Notes: generated from the sequence alone by a model not told the origin. A stretch of 64,000 nucleotides of DNA from Negaprion brevirostris (GCA_030324005.1 JARDVH010000042.1:32130659-32194658), one strand, 5' to 3'. Positions 36,761 to 50,661 are shown, counted from the first letter of the stretch. Program-made: numbers and translations.

Positions 36761-37596
36761 AAGTTGAATATAGAAATGTCTCTTCCTTCATCAGCTAAAG
36801 ACTCTCATTTGGTTTTATTGAATGTTTTCTGCAGTCACTCAATGACCTTGGCATCCTCCTTAAATGACAGTGTAGATAACTGGGTACAATATCTTAATTG
36901 TAGCCTAACCAATGATTTGTGTACATTTTGGATTACTTTGTGCTTTATGATTACATTGAGGAAAGTTTTTTTTTATGAAGGTTACACATATTCTATAATG
37001 TAAAGATATACCCCAAACAGCAATATTCAAATATACAATAGATAACTAGATGTAATTATTATATAATAAAATTAGATTGGATAATTGTTAAGTGGCCTTT
37101 CAGTGTTGGCTTTTCCACCATCTCATCCTGTTTTGGAAGAATCACATGTTAACGCAGCACCATGTCCTTAAATATTCTGAGGTGACCCAGCACAAATGTG
37201 ACTGTGGCTGCAATTTTGTTGGTTTTGTCTATAATTGCCCAGTGGCAGTGAGATGAGGCCCAATCTCTCTGGTTGTTCATGCCCTGCTGCCACTGCCAAA
37301 GAGATGGAGAATTTAGTGCTCAGCTTAATCTCTGTTCACTGCAGCAGGATGGGAGAATCCTGCTGGCGTGAACGGCCAGAGAATCCAGCCCTCAACACTT
37401 AAATAACTCAGTGCAGTCACAAAACTTCTCCTCCCTTTCTCTTCTGAAGCAATTTTTTCCTTGCTGGAATGGCCAATTATACTCTGGCGCCAATCCAAGA
37501 TGGTCATTAATCATGCTTGAGTCCTAACAGTAAGTGACAGAGGTTATTCAACAATATGGAGCATCACAGTCAAATCCAATGCTGTATTCATCCAAT

Positions 37597-37692
37597 ACAG
37601 ACTCACACACCCACCCACAATTGTGTGTACATCCATAAGTGCGCATACACACACACATCCACACACATACGCACACACATACACACACGCAT
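37597..37692. repeat. Degenerate (CA)n microsatellite
   Basis: CA-rich run. Confidence 0.85.
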
Positions 37693-38544
37693 GCTCAAAC
37701 ATTTCCAGCAAGGATCACTAAGTAGTGATACAGAGGAAGAAAATTGATTTATTTTTCCCCTCCTAAACCAACAGCAGTGAAGTCCAATTGTAATAGCTCT
37801 TTCATTAATCATGTAAGGATGTGTCCTTGAACATTCTTGGTTTGTTTGATTCAACTATTCACTGAGTCACCAGAAGGTATCAAGCATCTTTTAAAGCTTC
37901 TGTCATTAAGTAAATGATAGCTCTACTTGAGGAGGTTATTAGTAGGTGGCAGTGTCACAGTGTTGTCATATGGAGTGTTATAACAAGGATGTCTAGCAGA
38001 CACTCTCACAGACACTTTTAGCCTTGTTTATCTACTAACATGTCAAACTTAACTCCCTGAACAAAGTGAGTGACCACATGTAAACTTTTTAGGATAAAAT
38101 TTTGTGACGTTTCTGCCAAGCCATCAAAGAAAGTCAACAGAAGCTAGGAATTTTACATTCTGTCTACAATACAAAGTGGTCCAACAGGGTAATCATCTTT
38201 CCCTGTACTCCTCTTTATAACCCTAATCCTATTTGTAGTCCGACATTTCCCCACCTTTTTCTAAATAAGCGACTCAACACAGGGATTAATTGTTTCTTAT
38301 GGAAATCCTTTTTTTACATGACATACTACTCTTTGGAAGAAATGCTCTGGTTCTGCAGGCACAGTTTAGGTTAATGGCCTGCTCCCACACACAATAATTC
38401 ATTTCTTTTGAGCATGTGAAAGAACTGATCCAAATTTCCTCTGAATTGTCATTTCTACACTGTCAGTTCCCCAACACCTCAAATTTAAAAACCTCATCTT
38501 TGCACTTAAAACTTCTCTTCCTATTCCTTTAACCTCCTAATAGA

Positions 38545-38700
38545 TCATAGAATCATGGAATCCCTACAGTGCTGAAGGAGGCCTTTCGGCCTATCGAATC
38601 TGTACTGACCACAATCCCACCCAGGCTCCATCCCCACAACCCCATGCATTTACCCTAGGTAGTGCCCCTGACACTGAGGAACAATTTAGCATGGCCAATT
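38545..38700 (-). mobile_element. HE1-type SINE 3' half
   Basis: TCATAGAATCATGGAATCCCTACAGTGC... is the reverse complement of the HE1 tail. Confidence 0.8.
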
Positions 38701-39129
38701 CTCCTTCTATAAAGCAACGCCATGCTCACAAACCCCCTTCCCTGCCCAACACAATCTCACTATTCATAGAAGTGTGTGAAATATAGAACACAGAAACAGG
38801 CCATTTAATCTAGTCAGCTTCATGCCAGCCTCTTTCTAGATTTCTTCATCTAACTCTATCAGCATAATTCACTATTCTCATCTCCCTTACGTGGTTAGCC
38901 ATCTTCCCTTTATGTGCATTTATACTATTTGTGTCAATTATTCCATGTGGTAGCAAGTTTCACGTTTTCACCACCCTCTAGATTTATTTCATACTTATTA
39001 TCTTTTATTCATGGCCTCTGGTTTTGCTCTTTCCCTTTACTTTCTCAGAAGGCTAAGGAAATTTGGCATGTCCAGTACAACTCTTACAGATATTTACAGA
39101 TGCACCATAGAAAGCATCCTTTCCAGATG

Positions 39130-40430
39130 CTTGGTGTGGCTCCTGCTCTGACCAAGACTGCAAGAAACAACAAAGGTTTGTGAGCGTAGCTCAGACCATC
39201 ACGAAAAGCAGCCCCCCCCATCCATTGACTACATCTACACTTCCCACTGCCTCGGAAAAACAGCCAGCCTAACTAAGGACCCTTCATACCCTGGACATAC
39301 TCTCTTCCACCTTCTTCCATCAGCAAAAAGATACAGGCCATAATTCTCCTGACAAAATTCCAAGTGTCCAATTTGTGTGAAAACTGGATAAATTATCGTT
39401 GTTTTTTTCAGTGGGAGTGCCGAGAAGAATATCACAAATTTTGTGAAGTGCATAGGTCACCAGAGTGAATTTCATTAAAAATCAATGGGTGGGGTCTATT
39501 CCAGCTGGAGAGGCTGGTAGCATATCTGTGAGCGGGCCACTGTGCATGTGCTGATCTGTCAGTGCCGCAGTTGGTGCATGCACAGTAGCCTCACACTGCC
39601 GGCCTCCCGATTGCTGGCCCGCTTAATTGCTCACCAGCCCAGCAACTCCCGCATCGCCTGCCCTCCGCCACCACCCCCCCCAACGGTTCAATCACTGGCC
39701 CCCCCGACCATTCCCGGGCTAGCCCCAATCTCCAGCACCCCCAGTCCCCACACNNNNNNNNNNNNNNNNNNNNNNNNNNNNNNNNNNNNNNNNNNNNNNN
39801 NNNNNNNNNNNNNNNNNNNNNNNNNNNNNNNNNNNNNNNNNNNNNNNNNNNNNACACCAAATGTCAGTCTCCCTCCTTCCCCTAATGATCCTGTTTGTAG
39901 AGTGGCAGCCAAAACCCTACCCCCACAGGTCGGCCCACCCCAATCAGGCCCCATCCCCCCCTATATTCCTGTTGGTGGGGAGCTACTGTAATCCCCGCTA
40001 GAGTGAACCACTTTGGCAGTGGGGGAGAGATGAAATTTAAACTATAAATGGCCTTGGTGCCTGTGGTACGGAGCTGGCACTGCCAAAAATCCAGCACTGG
40101 GAGATGCTATCGGGCAGGAACACATGTGCGAACCCTATGAATTGGCCGACACGAGATTCCTCCAACAAGATGGGAGAATCGCCCCCACANNNNNNNNNNC
40201 AAAGTCTCAGACCATGTCCCAGCCAACTCAAGGACAGTTTCTTCTCTGCTATCATCAGACCTTTGAATGGACCTACCCTATATTAAGCTGATCTTTGTCT
40301 ACACCCTAGCTATGACTAACACTACATTCTGTGCTCTTTTCTTTCCTTCTCCTCTATGTAATCTATGAACGGCATGTTTTGTCTGTATAGTCCACAAGAA
40401 ATACATGTAACAATAATAAATTAGATCAAC
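39130..40430 (+). mobile_element. Rex1/Babar 3' fragment split by a MITE
   Basis: 39130-39335 (IDYIYTSHCLGKTASLTKDPSYPGHTLFHLLPSAKRY) resumes at 40200 (SLRPCPSQLKDSFFSAIIRPLN). Confidence 0.85.
39336..40186 (+). mobile_element. Non-autonomous TIR element (MITE family A, probably Harbinger-derived)
   Basis: Ends GGCCATAATTCTCC / GGGAGAATCGCCCC; shared core GGGCCACTGTGCATGTGCTGATCTGTCA. Confidence 0.7.
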
Positions 40431-41040
40431 TCAAAAAGTGGAGGCATGCTCATTGTGTCAGTTCTATCAGAACTTTACATAATTTTAAAGATCTGAATTA
40501 GATCACACCTCAGACTTTTCAACAGAAAGGAGGCCTTTTGATCCTCTCCTGATAGCTCTACCTCATTTAGATTCTTATTGTCCAAATAATATGTGATTTC
40601 TTTAATGTCCCACCGGCAAGACCATCATGTCAGGCCCCTGTTGGTGGACTACCACTGGCGAGGCCGTTAAGTCAAGTGGTGTCTTGGACTCACTAATTAT
40701 ATTGAAATCTCCTCATAAATATTTAGATCAGCTTCACACTCTTCCTAAGGACAATCTTGCCAGCTTGCCACGCCAACTGACTGGCACGACAAGCCATTAA
40801 GATCGACCCCTAGATATGTTTGCACAGTTAGACAGCACTGACTGGAGTGGCTATGCAGTCAGTCTCCTTTCCAAGGATGCACTTATATCAGTGATTCAGC
40901 TACTCTGGGGAACTCTCAATTTCCAACATTTCCTGCTTCATAATTTTTAACTTTATTTGAAAATAATTAGATGATAAATTGCAAAATCTTTCCTGAGGTA
41001 AACTTCATATAGAAAGAATTTAACAAAAAGCTGGATAAAG

Positions 41041-41293
41041 TTTATTTATTAGTGTACAAGTAGTTACATTAACACCGCAATGAAGTTACTGTGGAAATCC
41101 CCTAATCACCAGACTCTGGCACCTGTTAAGGTACACTGAGGCAGAATTTAGCACAGACAATATACGTACCCAGCGCGTCTTTTGGACTGTGGGAGGAAAC
41201 TGGAGCACCCAGAGGAAACCCGCACAGAGATGGGGAGAATGTGCAGTCTCTGCATAGACAGTGACCCAAGCCGGGAATCAAACCCGAGTCTCT
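41041..41293 (-). mobile_element. HE1-related SINE with alternative tail
   Basis: Reverse complement of the 16740-17036 type. Confidence 0.85.
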
Positions 41294-41329
41294 CATGAAA
41301 TGAGAATGTATCTAGGAAAGAAACAGTAG

Positions 41330-41482
41330 GACAGAGTGCCTGGAGTCAGACAAAGAGAGAGAAAGAGAGAGCTTGGAGTCAGAGAGAGAAAGAGAGAGCC
41401 TAGAGTCAGAGAGAGACAGAGAAAGAGAGAGCCTGGAGTCGGAGAGATAGAGAGTGCCTGAAGTCAGAGAGAGAGACAGCCT
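41330..41482. repeat. Purine-rich minisatellite, about 30-bp unit x5
   Basis: GCCTGGAGTCAGAGAGAGA(AAGAGAGA) repeated with variants. Confidence 0.85.
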
Positions 41483-42789
41483 CACCATAGAGATGGTGTG
41501 TGTGAAAGAGAGAAAGCTGGCTCATAAGGACAAAAGTGAGTAAGGCAGAATCTGGGGAGAGTTGGAGAAGTATTAACGAGAGACATAGGGCTAAGAAAAC
41601 TCGGTGAGGGACTTAGATGATTGATAAAGGTCAGGCTAAATTAGATCAGAGAGTGGAAAAAATGGGCTGAAAATGAGAGAGAAATTGGGTCCAGAGTCAG
41701 TTTCTCAGTTTGATGTGAATAATCTCTTGACACTATTTGAAAAAGCATGGGGGGGAGTTCTCACTTGACCATCATCACTGAAAGAGGTTATCTCATTGCT
41801 GTTTAGAACTGTCATATTTCACACATTACAGCAGTGACTGCTGTATTGGCTGAAAATCTCACTGGAATGTCCTGAGGTGGCCAAAAGCTCAATATAACAA
41901 TAAAAGCTCTGAACTTTTTCAGAGACATTGGTGAGCAAGAGGGTCAGATAGAAGTTAGACATAAAGAAAGGTTGACCAGCATCAAGGAGAGAAGCCACCT
42001 GATGATCTGAAGTTGATAGTGTGGAAATCTGCTATGTATTTCTTTTTTCCAAGGTGGCATGAGTAACATATGTTGGGTGGAATTTAGTGCTCTTACCCCA
42101 TGACAGATTTGGTGGGCATTTAATTGGATAGGAGGGTGACAGGTGAGAACCCACTACTTTCCCACCTCTGCCTCAGTTAAGTCTGTGACAGGAAGGTCAA
42201 TGGATAGCCTTTCCACTCCACTCCCATTAAGTGGGTAATTAATGCTCACTAAAGGGCCTCATCTCACCACCTCTGATATTATTCAGCCAATGGCAGGTGG
42301 GGGCCTTGCCACCTGCCAAAAAATCAAATCATGTCATAGAGCGATGCCTGATCAGTGCCTGGTCAAGGGACCAGTATTGAGCCACAGTACTCTCTCATTC
42401 CCCTTCCCTATGATCCCCATCAATACAACCCCATCCATTCCCACTCCTGCCATCACTTACCTGTCCTGAGTCCATCAGTAATCCCTTGTCTTGGGTGGAG
42501 GTCACACCCTCCCCAGTGGCACTGTCAAGCAATGAAGATTAGTCCGATGACTCTGTGAGGGTGAGACATCTGCTCTTGGAGTCTTTGATCCTGGGGAAGG
42601 CCACTGCTACTCAGTGTCTGACGCACAGCAAATAATGACCTGATTAGCATAGCCATTGTCCTGCAGGATAGCTTTGATGCACAACATTTCTGCACCAAGA
42701 CTGCAAGGTGAATGAATGGCTGGGATTCTATCCACATGACTGCTGATGAGGTCAATCTTGCAATGCATAGTGCAATACAAGTTTTCTTA

Positions 42790-43112
42790 ACTCTTTCATG
42801 GGATGTGAGTTTCACTCACTAGCTGGGTCAGCATATATTGCCCATCACTAATTGCCCTTGAAGGAGCATTTAAGAATCAATCACATTGCTGTGGTTCTGG
42901 AACAACATGTAGACCAGACCAGGTGAGAACAGCAGATTTTCTTCCCTGAAGGACATCAGTGAATCAGATGGACTTTTACAATAATCGACAATGGTTTCAT
43001 AATCATCATTAGAGTTTTAATTCCAGATTTTTATTCAACTCAGATTTCGCGTGGATCCCCTGGGTCTCTGGAATACCATACCAGTGACAATACCACCATG
43101 TCACTGACTCCC
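42790..43112 (-). mobile_element. Old tRNA-derived SINE (family of 9915-10150)
   Basis: Reverse complement shows the head, TTCACTGATGTCCTTCAGGGAAGAAAATCTG core and GATGGGCAATAT tail. Confidence 0.65.
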
Positions 43113-43409
43113 TAAATCCCTACTATGTATGTATATATACAGACCAGTCAAGATAGCCTGTATCATGAAAACNNNNNNNNNNNNNNNNNNNNNNNNNNNN
43201 NNNNNNNNNNNNNNNNNNNNNNNNNNNNNNNNNNNNNNNNNNNNNNNNNNNNNNNNNNNNNNNNNNNNNNNNGTATGGATATATACAGACCAGTCCAGAT
43301 AGCCTGTATCATGAAAACTCTCAAATGGGCCAAAGACTTAAAAGTACCTGGTCTACCTCAAGTAACCCTGGAAATACAAAAGTCTCTCAAAATTAATAGA
43401 ACAGATTAA

Positions 43410-44075
43410 GCAAGCCATTTCATGCTGCCACTTTGCAATGGCTGTGCAAGTGGTATTTTCAACAACAAGATGCTGCCATCAGCCCAAAAGAATGTTCTGC
43501 CAATGAAACAATTGTATGAATTTCAGTGCCAGTCCCGACGTGATGCCAGGTATGCAGGCTGTAAATCTCAGTGATGGGCTGACTGAATCAAACAGAATGG
43601 TCTATCTGTTGTTTGCGATAAGCAGAGTACAGGGTATATTCAACCAGCCCATGCTTGAAAAACCCAAAACAAAATGTCTACTGTTAGATATGATTGTGCA
43701 ATTTGGCAGCATTTGTTGGACAATCCTGAGTGTGCTAACAGCTGTTTGAATTACAAACTTAAGATAATCAATTAAGCTTGTAATATAGCTCATTTATGCT
43801 TGCTAGAAGAAACATGCATTCACATACAGCAACCCATTACTACAAATGAAAGAAAAATGTTCAAACTTTGCACTATTTTGAATTACCCAGGAGCCTGGGG
43901 AGCCAATAGTTCCTCATTGCTTTCCCCATGACAATGCCTTGGCCAATCAAAGTCAGGTTACCAATCAATCAGCATCCTTTCCTCCTGTACTATAAATTCC
44001 TGCGAATGTTTGAAATTTGGCATTCTTGTTTTTGTCCTGATGAATGTAGGATGATAAGCTTCAGCATCTGTAAAA
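43410..44075 (+). mobile_element. Penelope-like element 3' part (GIY-YIG relic + terminal repeat)
   Basis: FSTTRCC..QKNVLP..YEFQCQ..DARYAG relic; 3' CCAATCA repeats and TTGTCCTGATGA. Confidence 0.75.
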
Positions 44076-44443
44076 AAAGATTGCTGAAACTAAGTTTTAT
44101 GACTATGATTATTTTCCACTCCACCAGAAGTTCCTGTAGCAAAGAATAACTTTTCAAACATAAATATATTAAAAAATTACATAATACTTTTCCAAATAAA
44201 TCACTCAACATTCCCTTGTAATTTTGAGCTTTTTGCATCAACCTTACTATTGAATTCCTACTTCAGTCCCTCAGGTCAGTGGATTTATTTCTACTTTGTT
44301 CACAAATCCACCATGCTGCACCTCAACTTTTACTCCCATGTTTCTTGGAATCTGCATGTGAGCAAGCTCAGTGTTCCTTGATGCCTCCTACATTGTGCCT
44401 CCATATTTGAGTGAACCTTCAATGCTGCTTTGCATCCATAGAT

Positions 44444-44935
44444 GCCAGTTTAGCTCAGGTGGCTGGACAGCTGGTTCATGATGCAGAACAATGCCAACAG
44501 CACAGTTCAATTCCTATACCATAGAGCCATAGAATCCCTACAGTGCAGAAGGGGGGCCATTCAGCCCATCAAGTCTGCACGGACTTAAAGAACCTAGGTT
44601 CACCTGCTCCTCACCCTATCTCCACCACCCGTATATTTACCGTGGCTAATCCACCTAACCTCTGGGAAGAAACCAGAGCACCTAAAGGAAGCTTACACAG
44701 ATACGGAGAGACCGTGCAAAGTCCACACCGTCACCCAAGGCCGGAATTGAACCTGTGTCCCTGGCACTGTGAGGCAGCAGTGCTAACCACAGTGCCACCG
44801 TGTGGGATATTTCATGCCAGCTCACCTTCTCAACCTTACTCCTTATCTGGGACATGGTGATCCTCAAGTTAAATCAGAAACAGTCAGCCTTCTCCCTCAA
44901 AGGGGAGAGAAGCCAATGGTCATCTGGTAGTAAGG
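44444..44935 (+). mobile_element. tRNA-derived SINE interrupted by an HE1 copy
   Basis: TAGCTCAGGTGG A box and GTTCAATTCC B box at 44450-44515; body appears to resume after 44802. Confidence 0.55.
44520..44802 (-). mobile_element. HE1-type SINE
   Basis: GCAGCAGTGCTAACCACAGTGCCACCG head on the reverse strand; tail at 44520-44545. Confidence 0.88.
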
Positions 44936-46838
44936 CGGTATGACCTGCATCCATGGAACTCAGCTGTAGACTTCCATTCTCCACATAGTTTTTTCAAGTC
45001 AAATCTTTGGTTTTCTTTTCTGGTGAGCAAAACCATGGGTGATGTGATAATAATCAATAATTATTGCACTTTAAAAAAAATGAAACGCCATAATACTTCT
45101 TGACTGAATTGCAATTTTCACTGGTCAAAGATCTTGTTATTGTTTTTAAGGAGTGGTGCAGGGGGTCATTCAAGTGCATTTGAAAAGTGTTAATTAAGGT
45201 TGTAAAAGGAAAGCTGTCAATGATTGCCTTAAATGGTACGCGACGTACAAAGCAGAATGGGGCTGAAATGACATAATCCAACACCTTAAGAAGTTCCCTG
45301 AAGATAACTTGTGAAGTAAAGTATATTAAATACCCATATTGGCTATTATCTGACTTTGTCACTAACGGTCACTCTGTGGAATTCATTACTGAGATTTTAG
45401 CATCTTTGATTTTTATCACACAATATCTGCTGATGACTTGCAAGGGCAGCCTTGTAACAACATTATTTCAGTAGGCAGATAACCACAGCCATAAATTCCT
45501 GCTTTAATAGTTTATTGCAGGTTGTACAGTGTTGACAGAGCCTCTGTTTTATAGCTCATTCCCAAGACTTCAGAGGGAATGAGGAGACCGCAGTGTTTGC
45601 TGCTTCACACACTGCAGGCCTTCCTGGGGCCCAGGGTACAAAGCTTCTCCAGGAAATGTAAGAATCCTTTGTTAAGGCACTGACTTTTCTCTCTAAACTC
45701 TGGTTGCTCCTCCGGGGAATTTATTTTCTCTATCATCAGGACATTTCTAAACACTGGTAACTTTAAACCTTTACAGTCACAAGTTCAGAGGAAAAAAAGT
45801 GATCGGTTGTTGGGGGGATTAATATTCATTACTGTCAATTGAGGCATTTCCTGTGCAATGGGCTATTTCATAATGCTGAAAAGATCTGAAATATATTGTG
45901 GTCTGGATAATTTTCAGTGAAGTGGGTTTGAATCAGATTTCATTTGTGCTGCATTTAAACTACAGATAGTGGGTCTGACATTAATACCTGCTTCAAAGTA
46001 ATGTGACTCAGCACCAGTAAGTAATTTGATCTCTTTCCAGCTTGGTACATGCATATTTATATGAATGTGCTGAGGTCAGTTTAGATTAATCAAATGGGTT
46101 TAAAACTGCTTTTTATTCCAGGTCAAACAGTAAAAACATCACCTTTACATTCATTTCACATACCGCTTTATGACTGCCTAACGTAATGGGGCTATTAAGG
46201 GTGTGTTTGTATATAGTCATGACCTTGATGTTAGCTGGATACTCCTTTAGTTATTTAGGAAAGAAGGTCATTTGTTTCCTAATTGCAGGCATCTGTTATG
46301 TACATTTTTGGTGTTCAAAGTAATGGTCCTAAGCATTTTATTCCAATGCTAACATTTTGAAGAGAAAATATCACAAAGTACATAGGTATGAGGAAGGTCA
46401 TTCAATCCGCCTCAGGTTAATGAGCTAAAATACAGACCACAACCATTACACTATTATTTCTCATGTCAACTGGTTTAGTCCCCAAAACATAATTTACATT
46501 TAGTTTGATTCATTTCACATCTGGCGTATGTGAAGTTTTGAGTATAATAAGCTAATAATAGATAGATTCCCAGATATATATCTATATGTTTAGGTTCAAT
46601 TGGGCTCCAAAATTTAGGACAAAATTAGCATTGCTTCTGCCTTTTAATATAATTTGATGTGCAAACTTTGGAAATGTATTTTCTGGACGGGAAAATGTTT
46701 GAAGATTTGGAGATATCCGGCCTTCATTTTGGTCATTTAGCATCCCAGCAAACTGCCAAATGATGTCAGCATTGGAGATGTGCAAAGTGACTATTGGTTA
46801 TAATGGACTGGATCACACATTGTAACTACAAACATTAT

Positions 46839-47085
46839 GCCGGGATTCTCCCTAAAAAAAACTGAATGCCCAAGAAGTGGGAAAACAGGAGAATTTCCTG
46901 CCCATTTCCTCCATGCTTCACAGAGTGCCTCAGAGGGATTCACTCTGGTAAGTGGGGGTGCGGGGCCTCATCCCACTCAAGAGGCTGGCAGCATAATGCT
47001 GAGTGGACCAGTGCACGTGCGCAGATCTATCAGTGGAGAGATGTGCACTGGTTTCCCCATCGCCGGCCTCCTGATTGCTGGCCTG
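46839..47085 (+). mobile_element. MITE family A 5' fragment
   Basis: GCCGGGATTCTCCC end and GGACCAGTGCACGTGCGCAGATCTATCAGTG core. Confidence 0.65.
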
Positions 47086-47204
47086 TACTTTCTTTGGCTT
47101 ATCCACAGTTTTAAATGTGAACACAGGAAATTATAATGGATAAAGTTAACTCTGAGTGTATGCAGACTTAAGATTTTGAATACTTCATTGAAAATTAGCA
47201 TGCA

Positions 47205-47860
47205 GATACAGAAGCAGTTAGGAAGGCAAAGGGCATCTTGACCGTCATTGTAAGAGGACTTGAGTACAGGAGCACAGTTGTTGTACAGGGCCTTTGTGAG
47301 ACCACATTTGAAGCATTGTGCACAGTTATTGTCTCCCAACCTAAGAAAGGAGATACCATTGAGGGAATGCAGTGACGACTCACCAGATCAATTCCTGATC
47401 AGGCGGGATTGACATATGAGGAGAGGTTGGGTCATCAAGGCTTATATTTACAGGAGTTTAGAATAATGAGAGCGATCTCATTGACACATATAAAATTCTG
47501 ACAGGGCTGGACAGACTGGATACAACAATTTTGTTTCCTCTGGTTGGGGAGTCTAGAATAAGAGTTTACAGCCTCAGGATACAAAGTAGGCCATTTAGGA
47601 CTGCAATTAGGAAAAACCTTTTCACCCAGAGGCTGGTAAGTCTGTGGAATTCTCTATTATAGAAAGCTGTGGAGGCGAAGTCACTGAGTATATTTAACAA
47701 GGATATAGACAGATTACTACAATCTAAAAGCGTCAAGAGTATGGGGAGAGAGTAGGAGTATGATGTTGAGATAGAAAGTCAGCCATCATCATATTGATTG
47801 GCAGAGCAGACTCAAAGGGCCAGATAGCCTACTCCTACTCTTATTTTCTACATTTCTGTA
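47205..47860 (+). mobile_element. CR1 LINE 3' fragment
   Basis: LYRAFVRPHLKHCAQ and RKNLFTQRLVSLWNSL motifs plus 3' UTR. Confidence 0.88.
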
Positions 47861-48997
47861 TAAATCTCTTCAAGCATTGATCATGTTGACTCAGATTAAA
47901 TGTTTCCTAACACCCTCAAGGTTGCTGATACTTCAACCCCTTTTATAGGTTGTTGTTGCCCCTTTAAAGGCTACATCAGAACCTTTGGGGGCATTTTTAC
48001 TTGGGGACCAAACATGCATAATATCAGCCAGCGACCCACGGCACCTAATGTGGCAATTGAAGAGAACCAAATGGTTTTCACTCAATAGTGTCTGGAATTC
48101 TACCGCCCCGTCCACCAAGGGAATCGGAGTAGGCAAAGGGCAGAGCATGGAAAGGTCTGTTGACCTCGGACAGGAATTTACGGTTTTGGGNNNNNNNNNN
48201 NNNNNNNNNNNNNNNNNNNNNNNNNNNNNNNNNNNNNNNNNNNNNNNNNNNNNNNNNNNNNNNNNNNNNNNNNNNNNNNNNNNNNNNNNNTGGGATGTGT
48301 AAGGCCATAAATTCCCAACCTATATCTTTCCTGAGCTGACTCCTTGCCCCCCCCAACCCTGCTTCAGGCGATTATCACTCTGAGTCCCAATTAGTCACCC
48401 AAGCCAGCTGACTGTGATGGTTTTAAAGGGACAAGCAACCCACCTATCTTTAGAAAACTGCTTTCATTTGTAAACTACATACATAATTCAAATCTTTAAT
48501 TGAGGAAAAAGGAGACATTCTGACTCTATTAACCAGAGTAAAAAAGACCCCGTATTGTTAATGGATTTTGCAACTCTGTCTAAATTACTTTTTAAGAATA
48601 ATAAACTCCAAGTTTGCTTGAATTGCATTTATTTGAGATGTATACCACTCCTCAATTGGAGTTTTTCATTTATCTTACCATTAACATTTAAATCTCAACC
48701 CAAAGTTTATGTTCTAAAACATATGTTATGAACTAAATACTCACAATAAGCTTTTAAAGATTCAAAATACAATTCAATTCATAAATATCATTCTTGGAAC
48801 ATTTTTATTGTTTTCGTTTGTATGAGCCCATAGAAGTTAGTCATCATCATTAAGATGGTCATCAGCAAAATTTTAGGAAACATTTTGAGGGTTTTAAAAA
48901 CATTCAGTGGTCAGATTACACAATCTCAGGAAAACCCTATTAGAGGAATTTATAATTAGAAAAAGTTTGATGCAATAATTGTGACAAGGCAATTTTT

Positions 48998-49440
48998 TTT
49001 TCATCCTTTCATGGGATGTGAGCATTGCTGGCTAGCCAGCATTTGCTACCTATCTCTAATTGTCCTTGAGAAAGTACTGGTGAGCTGCTTTCTTCTAGTG
49101 TTGCAGTCTATGTGTTGCAGGAACACTCACAGTGCTGTTATGAAGGGGGTTCCATAATTTTGACTCTCAGTGACAGTGAAGAAATGATGATCTAGTTCCA
49201 AGTCAGGATGATGTGTGACTTGGAGAAGAACTTCCAGGTGGTGGTATTCCCATCCAGCTGCTGGTTTTGTCTTTCTAGATGGTAAAGTTCAAATGTTTAG
49301 AAGGGGCTGTCAAAGGATTCTTGGTGAGTTTCTGCAGTGTATCGTGCAGATAGTGTACATTGCTGGCACTGTGTGTCAGTGTGAAACTTGAATGTGATGG
49401 ATGGGTGTCAATCCTGGATGGTCTAAATGTTTTGTCCTGG
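48998..49440 (-). mobile_element. Second CR1-group LINE 3' end
   Basis: Reverse complement of the 63000-63380 and 4680-4995 region. Confidence 0.75.
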
Positions 49441-49684
49441 ATGAACTGTTTGGTGTCAAGTCTCTTGAATCACAGGATTCTTACGGTGCACGTCATGTCT
49501 GCACCAGCTCTCCAAATGACCATCATGATTTAGTGCCATTCTCCTGTCTTTTCTTTGTACTCCTGTATATTGTTTCTATCCAATGCCCTCTTAAATGCCT
49601 CAAATAAACCTGCCTCCAGACACTTCCAGGCAGTCATTCCAGACCCAAACCACCCACTGCACGTACAGGTTTTTCTCACAGCAT

Positions 49685-50661
49685 GGCTAGGATTCTCCCA
49701 AAAAAATTCTAAATCCCCAACATGCAGGGAAATGGGAGTAAATCCTGTTGGTGTTTTTAATGTGATTTCCAGGATGAATCTCTCACACTCTGTGCAGTAT
49801 AAAGCAGAGTGGGCCACTGTGCATGTGCTGATCTGTCATGCAAAGTGGCCTGCGCTGCCAGCTCCTGGTTGCTGACCAACCCGATCACTGGCCAGCTCCA
49901 CACCCCCCCATTGTTGGCTTTCCCAACCCTCAAACCCCCTGACTGCTGGCCTCACGGACCTCCCTAGGCTAGCCTCTATGTCTCCCCCCTCCCTCCTCCC
50001 ACCCCGGCCAGTCCCGAACTCCTGGTCCCCCACCCGGACAGTCCTGGCACCCCCGCCAACAGTCCTGACGACTCTCCCCCAGCCAGTCCTGACCTCCCAA
50101 CAATCCCAGCCCCGCCACTCCCACCTGGAAAGCCAGCCCCGGTCAGCTTCTCCCTCCCCCTCCCAGTCATTGAGTACAGAGTGGCTGTGGGTTCCTCACT
50201 GATCAACCCCCCAATAGGACTCTCCCACTAGGCCTCTGGTCCTGTACTTGAGCATTGCTAGTTTGCTCCTTGGGCAGTGCCAAGGTGCCAGGCTGGCACC
50301 ACCCAGAGGGCACATCCCCTAGCCCCCAGCTTCTGGGAAGTCTTCAGTGACCTGTCTTCCCTCCAGCGGGATCAGGCTGCCTGCTCCCCATTAAGAGGAA
50401 GCAGGAGTACACCCCGCTGGAGGGCTGGCAGAGTGGGGGGGAGACGCTAGCGGGCCCTCCAATTGGATGCAAATGCCGATTTCCATATTGTAATTAGCCC
50501 CATGCCATTTTCCAGTGTGGAACTGATTACGCTGGAAAACTTCATCCTGGAGACTCATGGGGACTGTGATGCCCAGCAAGGAACCTACAAGACGACTCCT
50601 GCTGATGCCTCCTGGCTTGCTGTGCTACTTGAGCAGTGCAACAGGCTGGGAGAATCACTCC
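49685..50661 (+). mobile_element. MITE family A, full length
   Basis: Ends GGCTAGGATTCTCCCA / TGGGAGAATCACTCC; same core as 39336-40186. Confidence 0.7.

Noticed and set aside
41330-41482. CRISPR-like repeat-spacer pattern
   Set aside because: The intervening sequences are GA microsatellite, not unique spacers; vertebrate context with no cas genes
43125-43318. About 45-bp direct repeat either side of an N gap
   Set aside because: Most simply an assembly overlap of two alleles across the gap, although a TSD-like duplication cannot be excluded
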